Origin: Octopus sinensis
Lineage: Eukaryota
Reading direction: 5' to 3'
DNA length: 64,000 bases
Assembly: GCF_006345805.1 (NCBI RefSeq)
Contig: NC_042997.1
Location: 116,312,001 to 116,376,000 of the forward strand
The notes beneath the pieces are model-generated. The model worked only from the letters and a program-made list of their open reading frames with translations, was not told the DNA's origin and made no database searches. This document shows, piece by piece, positions 13,218 to 26,131 of the stretch (positions are counted from its first letter, which is position 1; every line of letters begins with the position of its first letter). A program made the position numbers and the translations under genes.

Positions 13218-13807
13218 GGATTATTATCGTCATCATCATCCTCGTCATCATCATTATCATCATCATCACCATCATCATTATGTACATGATCTTTACCAAG
13301 GTCACCATCACCATCGTCGATAATAAGATCATTATCACCATTGTTTCCCCCCTATCCATCTTCACCGCCTTCTCTCCTCCCCCTCCTCCTCCTCATCATC
13401 ATTACTGTCGTTTTCACCACCACTGTCATCATCGCCGAACATCGTCAACGTCATCGGCATCGTTATCAGATTTTCACCATCGTAATCATCGACAGATTCA
13501 CCACCAACAACAACAACAACAATAACAACACCAACACCAACACCACTGCCATCATCATGATCGTCATCATGATCGCGATCATCATTTCCCTTTGATGAGA
13601 ACGAATCAAAAGAAGCAGAAACAGTGAAAGCCCATCTAATATATTGGATGACATTTCAGAGATAAACTTATAAACTACACCATTTACCATTGACAGGTTC
13701 GACAAGAGGACAAGTTGTTATTGTAGCAAGTCATACGTTACATACACACGTGCTTCATTCTATAAATCACTTGATATTCAATAATATACACCCACTCACC
13801 CACACAC

Positions 13808-14178
13808 CTACCTACCTACCTACCTACCTACCTACCTACCTACCTACATACATACATACATAAATACATACATACATACATACATACATACATACATACA
13901 TACATACATGCATGCATATGTCTGTGTGTATGCGTGTGTGCATGTGAGTCTGTGTCTGTGTATGCATATGTATACGTAATACAAACATACACATGTACGT
14001 ATGTGTATATGTTTGAACGTATGAAAGTATGTACATACATCTTTGCGTACGTGTGTGTGTATGCACATATATACACACATTCACAGACACACACACACAT
14101 ATACATACAGAAAGAGAGAGAAAGAGAAAGAGTTTGTGTGTGTGTGTGTATGCACATATATACACACATTCACAGACA

Positions 14179-14222
<44 letters not shown>

Positions 14223-14270
14223 TATATATATATACAGAAAGAGAGAGAAAGAGTTTGTGTGCGCGCGCGT
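13808..14270 (+). repeat. Compound (CCTA)n/(CATA)n/(CA)n microsatellite with a local duplication
   Basis: Seen directly. Confidence 0.9.
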
Positions 14271-14377
14271 GTGCGTCGCGCGTGTTAAAGTGGAAGGTGA
14301 GCTAGGAACTGGTTCACTATCGGAAAAATAATTTGCTAAGTGTCTCATTTCACCTGCCTGCTTTAACCTCTACTAAG

Positions 14378-14535
14378 ATGCAGTGACACGAAGGTCAATG
14401 GATGACCTCATCGGAATCGCTGTCTGCATCGGCGGCCGCTGGCTAAAAGGACTGCGCTGTTGTGCTATTGACACCGAGTTAGTCGTTACCTCGTCTGTTG
14501 AGCTCCAGGAATTGAGAGACAAAGACGAGTTTCTG
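14378..14535 (+). other. Candidate exon (158 bp)
   Basis: Pyrimidine tract plus ctaag acceptor, and a ctg|gtgagt donor. One open frame (xAVTRRSMDDLIGIAVCIGGRWLKG...EFL). No recognisable homology. Confidence 0.25.
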
Positions 14536-14820
14536 GTGAGTTTTAATTGGAAATAGGTATCAAAAGTTAGGATTATGGCAGCCTTCCGAAAATGAACGCA
14601 ATCCACCAGAAGACTCCAAGTCAGTTCGGGTAGTTTCTGCCAACTCGTAAGGTATAGGTCGCAAAATTTAGGGCAGACTGAAGTAGAAGAAAATAACATT
14701 TGTCCAAGATACCACGCTGCAGAATTGAACCGGGGACCCCATGGCTGAAGACCAAACTTCTTAATAATTTGGTCATATTGAACTTACGCACACATAAATG
14801 TATGTGTGTAGGAGCAAACA

Positions 14821-15025
14821 CACACACATACACACATGCGTAAGTGTAGGTGCAAAAACACACATACATGTGTATGTGTTTGCGTGTGTGTCTGTATACA
14901 CACACACTCACAAACACACACACACACATACACACATGTGTAAGTGTAGGTGCAAAAACACACATACATGTGTATGTGCTTGTGTGTGTGTCTGTATACA
15001 CACACACACTCACAAGCACACAAAC
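14821..15025 (+). repeat. Tandem duplication, period 100 bp
   Basis: taagtgtaggtgcaaaaacacacatacatgtgtatgtg at 14841 and 14941. Confidence 0.9.
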
Positions 15026-15264
15026 ACACACACACACATGTATATGTATGTATCTGTGTGTCTGTGTTTATCCCTCCACCATCGCTTAACAACCGCTGTT
15101 GGTGTGTTTACGTCCTCGTAACTTAATGGTTCGACAAAAGAGATCGTCTGAATAAGTACTAGGCTTACAAGAAATAAGTGCTAGGATCGATTTGCTCGAC
15201 TAAGGGCGGTGCTCCAGCATGGCCGCAATCAAATGAATGAAACAAATAAAAGAATAAGACAATA

Positions 15265-15339
<75 letters not shown>

Positions 15340-15401
15340 CGAGTTCTTAACTTCCTTCTTAAAATGTACGTTCTGGTACATTCTAGTGACGGACTTATGC
15401 C

Positions 15402-15634
15402 TATTTCTTTATTACCCACAGGGGGCTAAACACAGAGGGGACAAACAAGGACAGACATAGGTATTATGTCGATTGCATCGACCCCAGTGCGTAACTGGTA
15501 CTTAATTTATCGACCTCGAAAGGATGAAAGGCAAAGTCGACCTCGGCAGAATTTGAACTCACAACGTAACGGCAGACGAAATACCGTTAAGCATTTCGCC
15601 CGGCTTGCTAACGTTTCTGCCAGCTCGCCGCCTT
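15402..15634 (-). mobile_element. Family-A SINE, long-tail form, single unit
   Basis: Full head to tail, ending ..gtgggtaataaagaaata. Flanked by an 8-bp near-TSD, cttatgcc (15394-15401) / cttatacc (15635-15642). Confidence 0.88.
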
Positions 15635-15727
15635 CTTATACCAACTATCCGTATACCAATACCCAGGTTGTTAATTTTCTTCATAAAAGATGTGTTGTGG
15701 TATATCCTGGGTACGGGTGTTACTGAG

Positions 15728-16050
15728 ACCCCCTTCGGTCACGACACAGACCATGGGATTGCACCTAGAAAGTTTCCCTCCTAGGCACAAGTCCGGGCAA
15801 GGTTGTTTATGGAAGACCAGCAGTCGCCCATGCATACCGGCTTCCCCTCTCCACGTCACCAATTTTATCCAAGGGAAAGGCAAAGGGGCCGATACAGCTT
15901 GGCACCAGTGATGTCGCAACTCATTTCTACAGCTTAGTGAACTGGAGCAACGTGAAATAAAGTGTCTTGCTCAAGAACACGACACGCAGCCCGGTCCGGG
16001 ATTCGAGCCCACAACCTCACGATCGTAAGCTCGACGCTCTAACCACTGTG
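15728..16050 (-). mobile_element. Family-E tRNA-derived SINE
   Basis: Minus-strand head gtggttagagcgtcgagcttacgatcgtgagg..ctcgaatccc. Near-identical copy at 22908-23232. Confidence 0.8.
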
Positions 16051-17509
16051 CTTCTTGGATTATTTTATTAACTAACGGAGTTTGGTGTGTTACGACGGAC
16101 AATGATCATAGATCAGAACAGCGAGAATTGAAACGAGAAATGTAGAAAAGATACAGGGAAAGACTGAGGAAAGGGGAAAAAGAAGAAATAAGAATTAGGA
16201 ATAAAGCTAGGAGAATCAGGAACGGCGAGAGGCATTAAACTAGGAGAAAAGGAATGAATTAATGCAAACAAACAAAAATTCAAAATGGAGTTACGAGTCG
16301 TATGACGAACGACAAAGTTGAAGCTAATGGGGAAAGAATGAGAATTGTTAATTAAAAAGTTAGACAAGATATGAACAATGATGAGAGGCATGAATATTTT
16401 GCATAGGCCAGAATGAGAAAGCAGGCTAGAAAACAGGCTCGAAGAGAATAGACAAGATTTCTTATAAATTAACCAAGAGTTTGTAATGAATCTTGCATGC
16501 ATGAAGTGGATTCGATCCACCATGGCCAAATTTAAATTAACACTGCAACAGAACTTTTCCCACGATGGAATAATGGTTTTTCTCTGACAGCAGTTTTACA
16601 TTTTCCAGATGCCTTTAGCTAGGCCGAAATAATGTCTTCACCACTTGACCCTTTCTAACATCTTCTACTTCACCAAAAGCTAGAATAGATAACAAGAACA
16701 CCAACTAAATTTATTGTTCTTAATGATATATCTATCCTTCTGGATAGTTATATAAGTAATCATAACCCAAGCAAAAATCAGTTAGCCACCTTGGTGACAA
16801 ACACTTGAGTTGAGAGAGAGCTAACATCAGTTAGTGAACCGACCATTAGGATCATGGAAGCAGGCAGACTAAACGGCCAGAGGGAAAAAGAAAGACAACG
16901 TCCCCCACTTTCTCACTCTCACTAGCTCCAATTCTGTTCTCTTACAACTTCATTATATCTGTCTCCGCAATTACTACTAAACAATGAAGAGAACCCAAAC
17001 ACAAACTTTACTTCACATGCCTTTGGATTTATCATTAACCTGCTCGTCGAGGCAAGGTATTTGCAACGTAACGGTAAATAAATATTTCCTTAAAACTTCA
17101 TGCTTTATTCATCATTCACATCTTACAACATGCAATCATAACAACTTTTTATCGTCTCAACAGCTGACCACAACATATCATAATATTGTGCACCAAATCA
17201 ATTATTACCGTTACAAGTTTATGAAAGAAATGAGACGATTTTAGTGTGGGGATGTTTATAACTGACACTGTAGCATAAAACGGTGCATGGAATTTCCAAC
17301 AGTTCTGCCAGAATACATGACAGTTCAATATGTGTAAGTATGAATGGGTGATTAAGAAGTTCTTTCACAACCTGCTAGTTTCAGATTCTGTCCTTCAGCG
17401 TAGCATCTTGAGCGTGCTTTTTCGTATACAGCCCCAAACCAATAAAATCCGATGTGAATAAATTTGGCTGTCAGGAATTATATGCTAGTCCGTTGTGGTT
17501 ATGTATCTG

Positions 17510-17554
<45 letters not shown>

Positions 17555-17837
17555 CAAGTGATAACATCTGATAGTCTGGTTGATCAAATATAAAAATTAA
17601 GGAAATAGGTTTTTGGGAGATCTCTTATTATGACTGACTTTTATTCTATTATTGTAATATCTTCTGAAATTTATATATATACTTGTATAAATGCACACAG
17701 AAACATACAAATATATATACACACACATACATTTGTACAGAGTTAGTCTTATATACATCCTATACAGAATATTGCTAACATTCGTACACATACACACCGT
17801 TTATTAATTGAAATGCCTTAAGTCAAAGGCAGATATA

Positions 17838-18195
17838 TATGGCTATATGTTAAGAAGTTTGCTTCCCAACCACATGGTTCCGGGTTCAGTCCCACTTCGT
17901 GGCACCTTGGGAAAGTGTCTTCTTCTGTAGCTTCGGTTCGACCAAAGCCTTGTGAGTGGATTTGGTAGACGGAAACTAAAATAAGCCCGTTGTATGTATT
18001 TATATATGTATATGTGTGTGTATGTATGAATTTGTGTGTCTGTGTTTGTCACCCCACTAGCGTTTGGCAACCGATGTTGGAGTGTTTACGTCCCCATAAC
18101 TTAACTTAGCGATCCTACAAAGAGTAAGTCTTGTTCGACTAAAGGCGGTGCTACAGCATGGCCGCAGCCAAATGACAGAAACAAGTAAAAGAATG
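17838..18195 (+). mobile_element. Family-B tRNA-derived, CORE-like SINE with central microsatellite
   Basis: tRNA-like head, gcaccttgggaaagtgtctt (MIR-CORE-like), central (TA/TG)n and a gaaacaagtaaaaga tail. Confidence 0.8.
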
Positions 18196-18419
18196 AAAAA
18201 TATATTTATATGTGCGTGTGCATATGTGTGTGAGAGATAGGGTGGGGAGAAAGTGTGTGTATGTCTGTGTGTGTGTGTGTGTGCTAGGGGTCGGCAAAAA
18301 CATAACAGAACTGAAAGCAAATACTATAATCGATTTGTTCGGCTAAACATTCCAACTCAGTGACCCAGGGGGGCCGCAGTCCAATGATTGAAACAAATGA
18401 AAGAGAGGATACACACACA

Positions 18420-18833
18420 TACTCTTTTACTCTTTTACTCTTTAACTTGTTTCAGTCATTTGGCTGCGGCCATGCTGGAGCACCGCCTTTTAGTCGAGCA
18501 AATCGACCCCAGGACTTATTCCTTGGAAGCCTAGTACTTATTCTATCGGTCTCTTTTACCGAACCGCCAAGCTACGGGGACGCAAACACACCAGCATCGG
18601 CTGTCAAGCGATGTTGGGGGGGAAAAAAACACAGACACACAAACACACGCACACATATATACATATATACGACAGGCTTCTTTCAGTTTCTGTCTACCAA
18701 ATCCACCCAAAAGGCTTTGGTCGGCTCGAGGCTATTTGAAGAAGACACTTGCCCAAGGTTCCATGCAGTGGGACTGAATCCGGAACCATGTGGTTGGTAA
18801 GCAAGCTACTTACCACACAGCCACTCTTGCGCC
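18420..18833 (-). mobile_element. Family-B SINE
   Basis: Full-length reverse-complement copy. Confidence 0.82.
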
Positions 18834-19207
18834 TATGCATACATATATAAATAAATACATGCATAAATACATAACACACACATACACACACACACACACA
18901 CATCCACCTACACGTGACTGCCAGTCTTTCTTTTCTAAATATGAAAATACAAATATTTTGTGCAATATGAACATTTTTATTCATTTTCAAAAATTTATAA
19001 GTTATAATACAACTGGAAAAAAAAAGAGTGGTTTCACTATCGAATTTTTCTCTTCTAAATTAAAATTCCATTGATTAAATTAACCAATTGAATGTCTGTT
19101 TACCTAATGCCTCGAGATACAATTCCGATTAATCGGTAACGGCTATTCTTGTAATATATAACCAGTTATAGCTCCAGTTATTAATAACCAGTCCACCATT
19201 GAACTGC

Positions 19208-19249
<42 letters not shown>

Positions 19250-19554
19250 TGTTCGGAATGGAGTATAAATGGAAAGCTGATAGTTCCATAACCTGAATCT
19301 GATGCATTTGTGTTATAAATTCTTATAAACGACTCTTTCAATGCACAAATATATCTGCCTTTGACCTGAGGCATTTCAATTAATAGAAGCTGTCTTTATT
19401 ACTGGACGAGAACGGTGCGTATGTGTACGATCGGTGTGTATGTGTATGAATATTAGCAGTATTCTGTATAGTTCAATGATATGAAGATGATGTGCTTGCC
19501 AGCTCATTAAACGTTAGATATCCTCACGCCCCGCTCTAATTAGCGGTTTCTAAT

Positions 19555-19743
19555 TTAGATATAAAACTAGTAATTTTGTAACGAGCGGTTTTGTTGATAA
19601 TATCCACCTCAATACATGACTGCCTATATTTTCACGACCCCGAAAAGATGAAAGGCAAAGTTGATCTCAGAACGTAAAGAGCTAGAACGAATTGTGCAAA
19701 GCATCTTTCCTGATTCTAAGAATTTGGCCAGCTCCACGCCCTT
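19555..19743 (-). mobile_element. Degraded family-A SINE (short-tail form)
   Basis: Contains gaccccgaaaagatgaaaggcaaagttgatctcagaacgtaaag. Confidence 0.65.
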
Positions 19744-19755
19744 AACACTGCACAT

Positions 19756-19810
<55 letters not shown>

Positions 19811-20384
19811 GTAAATAACTAACAAGGATGTCCCGGTATTAGTGCATTACGGCCGTTTCAAACTGCTCCATTTAATATCGGACAGTGCAAGCATTAGATC
19901 AATTTGAAATAAATCGCTCTCCTCGGACGCACAAGACCATATAGGTTTTCAACATACAGGATACTCCTTTAAATTTTTTAGCAAATTTTTCATCAGAACT
20001 TGAGGATAAAAGAATTACAATGTTACTGCTATTATTGTAGCAGAATGAACTTAGAGAGAAAATACTTAAAGCCTACTATAATTTAGAGTAGCTGAAGGAA
20101 ATAACAATTGGGGTTAAGAGAGAGTAGTGGTGATATAGCTACATTCATTTTTATACTTGTCATAATCATATATATGTAAATATATATATATATTGTGAAG
20201 TATATTTGCCACCTAAATGTGGCTGACCCTTAAAGGTCGAGGCTACTGTAGCTTGTAGCTCCAGGAAGACAACTCCTCCAGCTGGCTATTGACACACTAT
20301 CTGTGTCCTGTCAGTATTTTCAAAAGGACGTTTACGTTCCCATATCCAGCCTAACGTGGTACACACGGACCCGAGTGTATGTAT

Positions 20385-20601
20385 GTATAAATGTGTGTGT
20401 ATGTATTTATATATATATATGTGTGTATGTGTGTGTGTGGTTATATATATGCATGTGTATGTGAATATATATATGTGTATATATTATGTATATATAAGTA
20501 TATTTATATGTATGTATGCATATATATATATATTATGTATATATAAGTATATTTATATGTATATATATATGTATATATATATATGTATATATATGTATAT
20601 A

Positions 20602-20649
<48 letters not shown>

Positions 20650-20669
20650 AATATAATATTATATATATA

Positions 20670-20717
<48 letters not shown>
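20385..20717 (+). repeat. (TA)n-rich microsatellite
   Basis: Seen directly; similar tracts at 23235-23400 and 23790-24045. Confidence 0.95.
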
Positions 20718-20720
<3 letters not shown>

Positions 20721-21124
20721 CGCAGGAGTGGCTGTGTGGTAAGTAACTTGATTACTGACCATATAGTTCCGAGTTCAGTACCACAGTGTGACACCTTGAA
20801 CAAGTGTCTTCTACTATAGCCTTGGGCTGACCAAAGCTATGTGAGTGAATTTGGTAGAAGGAAACTGAAGGAAGTCTGTCGTGGTGTGTGTATATAAATA
20901 TATATATATATATATATATACATATATAATAGGGAGTAATAAAATGTTGACAACTGCTTTTGGTATTTTGTCTCGTACTTGTCTCTCGTTATGTGTTTAC
21001 GTATTTTTCACTCGTTATTGATGTCCTGTACTTATTGTGTTTCTTTTTATATTTTGTCCTGTACTTATTTCTCGTATGTTTACGTGATTTTCGCTCGTTG
21101 GTGATGTCTTGTACTTAATGTGTT

Positions 21125-21204
<80 letters not shown>

Positions 21205-21385
21205 TGTGTCTGTCTTTGTCCCCCACCATCACTTGACAACAGATATTAGCGGTTTTGGCAAAAAGAGACCGATAGAATAAGTACTAGACTTCCAAAGAAT
21301 AAGTCCTGGGGTCGGTTTGTTTGTCTAAAGGCAGTGCTCCAGCATGACCGCAGTCAAATAACTGAAACAAACAAAAGAATAAAAG
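20718..21385 (+). mobile_element. Family-B SINE with expanded, interrupted middle
   Basis: Head gcgcaggagtggctgtgtggtaag; tail aaacaaacaaaagaataaaag. Confidence 0.78.
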
Positions 21386-21489
21386 AATATATACATGTTA
21401 ATATACATACGGTTATATATAGAGAAAAAGAAAAACTAAAAATAGTCATCAGATGAACAATCATGCACAAGGATGTAGATATTTATATA

Positions 21490-21905
21490 TTTACAATGTT
21501 ATTATCAGTCCAAATATGCATGAGGCACGTTCAAACTGAGGAACAAGCTACTCACTGTGTTTTATCACGGGGAATATATCTCGCTTATTGACAAATGGTG
21601 TGTACACACTTAAACCAGATCGAAGCGCCACCTACCTAGAGTGTGAAATGTTAGCATTTCGGAGTAGTTATATCCTCATCAGTCACAGATACCTGGTAGC
21701 ATCGTCTGCCTCATGTCTATGGCTGATGAGGTGATAATTACTCCGAAATGCTATCATCTCTAGGTAGGTGGCATTCGAGCTGATCTAGGTGTATACACAC
21801 TATTTGTCAACAAGCGAGATATATTTTCCGTGACTAAACGCAGTAAGTAGCTTGTTTCCAAGTTCGAACGTACATCGAACATATTTGAACTGATAATAAC
21901 ATTGC
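21490..21905. mobile_element. Long palindrome (about 190-bp arms), probably an inverted pair of Penelope-like terminal repeats
   Basis: aatgttattatcagtccaaatatg.. pairs with ..catatttgaactgataataacatt. Each arm carries CTGATGAG..CCGAAA. Confidence 0.7.
21642..21687 (-). ncRNA. Minimal type-I hammerhead-ribozyme-like motif
   Basis: Minus strand: tgtga-CTGATGA-ggatataactactcc-GAA-atgctaacat-t-tcaca. This gives stem I tgtga/tcaca and a near-palindromic stem III. Confidence 0.5.
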
Positions 21906-22232
21906 AATTTTACTTATCACTGCTCTACGCCCCCGCACCACCACCTCCGTAATTATATATTTACAGGACAGATTTACATGGAGAACAAAAGATACAGAAA
22001 ACTAAGGGGCGAGGGCACGGTATTTCAGGTCCGACAGCTGTTTCTGGGGACTTGGAATTACGCAGTAGTTGTAAAGCTGGTAGATGGATTGTGCGAAAAG
22101 TCAAAGATATACAACCAGTAGTGGATGCATATAAATTCTACCGTAAATCCGGCTTCCGTCTGTATGTTTTATATATCAAATCCAAGCGTATTTCTTTCTT
22201 ATTTGCATTCACTCACCCCACTCTCGCTATAT

Positions 22233-22282
<50 letters not shown>

Positions 22283-22851
22283 GTGTGTGTGGTGTGTGTG
22301 TGTGTGTGTGTGGGTGTGGTGTGTGTGTGTGGTATATATATATATATATACATATACAATCTATATACAACAAGAAATAATATTTGTCTCATTTTATAGA
22401 GACAAAAGGGTTTATAGGGTTTATATTAGGAAAAGAAGTGCTCAAATATAAACGAGGCGAAGATAAAGAAACATTGGTTATAAAACAAACATTAAATTTG
22501 GGTTAACGACTTTACATACAACACTTCCCCTTCAAAACATTTAATCATATATAAAAAAATTACCATGGTTCCCAAACATAAAAATAATACATATACATAA
22601 AATCACAGAAGGTAAAAAGTATATAATCGAATATATATATACTTTTACTTGTTTCAGTCATTTGACTGTGGCCGTAATAGAGCACCGCCTTTAGTCGAGC
22701 AAATTGACCCCAGGACTTATTCTTTGTAAGCCTAGTACTTATTCTATGGGTCTCTTTTGCCGAACCGCTAAGTTACGGGGACGTAAACACACCATCATTG
22801 GTTGTCAAGCGATGTTGTGGGGACAAACACAGAAACACAACATATACACAC

Positions 22852-22882
<31 letters not shown>

Positions 22883-22907
22883 CACATATATATATATATA
22901 TAAGGGT

Positions 22908-23232
22908 AAAGACCCCCTTCGGACATGAATGACCATGGGATTGCACCTAGAAAGTTACCCTCCCAGGCACAAGTCCGGGCAAGGTTGTTTATGGAAGACC
23001 AGCAGTCGCCCATGCATACCAGCCTCCCCTCTCCACGCCACCAGTGTTATCCAAGGGAAAGACAAAGGTCGATACAGCTTGGCACTGTGACGTCGCAACT
23101 CATTTCTACAGCGAGTGGAAACTGGAGCAACGTGAAAAAAGTGCCTTGCTCAAGAACACAACACGCACCCGGTCCGGGATTCGAGCTCACAACCTCACGA
23201 TCGTAAGCTCGACGCGCTAACCACTGAGCCAT
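22908..23232 (-). mobile_element. Family-E tRNA-derived SINE
   Basis: Homolog of 15728-16050. Confidence 0.8.
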
Positions 23233-23318
23233 GATAATATCATATATATATATAGTATATACAATATATATATATATATATCATATATATATATATATAT
23301 ATTATATATATAATATAT

Positions 23319-23378
<60 letters not shown>

Positions 23379-23963
23379 TAGATGTATATACACATATATA
23401 CGACTGACTCCTTTCAGTTCCATCTACCAAATCCACTCACAAGGCTTTGGTCGGACCGAGGCTATAGTAGAAGACACTTGTCCAAGGTGCCATGCGGTGG
23501 GACTGAACCAGAATCATATGGTTGGGAAGCAAATTCCTTACCACACAAGCACGCAACCACGCCTGCGCCTATTTACTGATTAAAATCAGAACATAGAAGC
23601 AAGCTGATGAAGGCCGGCTGAATACTTTAGCTGGTCCTGGTTCTCATCTTTAACTACCCTCTTCTATTTTATCACTAATGTACTTGAAAGAATTATTAAC
23701 TTCATAAAATATAATTATATCTGCCAAAGATTCTGAGGTATGGCTTCTTATATAAGAAATCAATTCTCCAGACATAAATATACCGTATTGAATATATATA
23801 TTTATATAATATACATACATATATATGTATATGTATGTATATATATATATTATATATATATTATATATATTATATATATATTATACTATACATATATACT
23901 ATATATCTATGTATGTATGTATATATATGAATATATTGTATATATATATATAACATATATATA

Positions 23964-24009
<46 letters not shown>

Positions 24010-24425
24010 TATTATATATATATATATATAGATAATATATATTAGATAATGCAATAAACTGTGCGATAGAGTTAAAAACGATAGATTTTAAAAATTATTC
24101 TGCTTGGAATTTCTCAATAAATTCAACCAAGCTGAAGATGATATGAATATATAGAAACTGTCTGCAAAAATCGAAGACAATTCTTGTCACATACATTACG
24201 TCGTTAACAATTAACCTTTTCGCTTGGAAGGTTTCGTAAAATATCACCATCTGGTTTTGAAATGATCTTTATGGCCACAACTAAAAGTACTTTACGGAGG
24301 ATTATTTTAGCGAATGATATCAGCTAATAAAGCTTTCAGTTTTCGTCATTGTTATTGGTTTTGGAAGATTTCCTGAGAAGTGCTGTTCTTAGATAGGAGC
24401 GTTTTCAATAACGTGACTAATTCCC

Positions 24426-24535
<110 letters not shown>

Positions 24536-24702
24536 AGACAGAAGAAAATGAAAATGAAAATGAAATAGTGAGAAGGTGAGTGGTGAGAGAGAAAGAAATT
24601 GAGCGAAAAAGAGAGTGGTGAGTGAATGTCAAATATTCGCGCTTTTTTCTTTAATAAACATCACAGGCTTAAATCTTATGCAGTTAAGCAACTCGTTTTA
24701 CA

Positions 24703-24738
<36 letters not shown>

Positions 24739-25717
24739 TATATATATACATGTTAATATATATATATATACACACGCTCACACATATATATATATACCAG
24801 ATCTGATAAAAGCATCGGGACTGTTGCTATAGTAACAAAGTTAAGATATTTACAGTGAAGCCGTTTGACACTGATTGACCTTGAACTTTGTCGCGCATGC
24901 ACATTAATTTATAATATTCTCCCTAACTTCCGTTCTTTATAGCAGTGCTTGAAAGTAGAGTGTGTAGAGTTTGGTCGTCTCAAAAAGAAGATCGAGTTTC
25001 AGCTGCGCAGAATCTCGCTGGTTTTTTGTCGAGGAAGACAAAAACATTTCGAAAACAGTCAGAGCAGGAGTGGTTGCGTGGCACCTTGGGCAAGTGTCTT
25101 CTACTATAGCCTCGGGCCGACCAAAGCCTTGTGAGTGGATTCGGTAGACGGAAACTGAAAGAAGACTGTCGTATGTTTGTATATATATATATATATATGG
25201 TGGTTCGGCAAAAGAGACCGATAGAATAAGTACTATGCTTACAAAGAATAAGTCCTGTGGTCCATTTGCTCGACTAAAGGCGGTGCTCCAGCATGATCAC
25301 AGTCAAATGACTGAAACAAGTAAAAGAGTAAAAGAGTACTTATTCTACCGGTCTCTTTTGCCAAACCGCTAGACTATATGGACGTAAACAAACCTACATC
25401 GGTTGTCAAGACATTATTGAGGGTGAAACAAACACACACATTATATATATATATATATATATATAATGCCTGATAAAAAAAAAGTATTCAGACTGGAGCT
25501 ATGAAAACAAAACTAAAACAGATATCAGTTTGGCCTTTAATCCCCATCAAACTAGTCCCCCCACCCCGAAGCCACGCACTTTATTCACCACCAATTCCAT
25601 TGAGGGAAGCAATCCTGGAATACCCTGTCGCATTCTTTTGGAATTCCTCGCCGTCTTGGAATGCTGGTCCTTTCAAGTGGGACGTCTTTCAAGCCATAGA
25701 CCCACGATTCGTCATCT

Positions 25718-26131
25718 GCTTTACTCTTTTACTCTTTCACTTGTTTCAGTCATTTGACTGCGGTCATGCTGGAGCACCACCTTTAGTCGAGCAAATCGAC
25801 CCCAGGACTTATTCTTTGTAAGCCTAGTACTTATTCTGTCGGTATCTTTTGCCGAATCACTAAGTTACGGGAACGTAAACACACCAGCATCGGTTGTCAA
25901 GCAATGCTGGAGGTACAAACACAGACACCACACAGACACAGACACACAGACACACACACACACACCACACACACACACACACCACACACACACACAACAC
26001 ATATATATATATATATATATCTATATATATATATATATATATAATATACATACTATACGATGGGCTCCTTTCAGAACCCGGAACCATGTGGTTGGTAAGC
26101 AAGTTACTTACCACACAGCCACTCCTGTGCC
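25718..26131 (-). mobile_element. Family-B SINE (internal deletion)
   Basis: Tail tttactcttttactctt..; head ..ccacacagccactcctgtgc. Confidence 0.78.

Noticed and set aside
12505-13365. 286-aa poly-Ser ORF (-) and 219-aa poly-Met/Thr ORF (+)
   Set aside because: They are alternative frames of the GAT/GAC array, with no non-repeat coding context.
15435-15634. Recurrent short ORFs such as ...TPVRNWYLIYRPRKDERQSRPR... and ...VEQIDPRTYS...
   Set aside because: These are incidental frames of SINE families A and B, recurring only because the SINEs recur.
24876-24888. TGACCTTGAACT nuclear-receptor-like direct repeat
   Set aside because: A single 12-mer is too weak without conservation or chromatin data.
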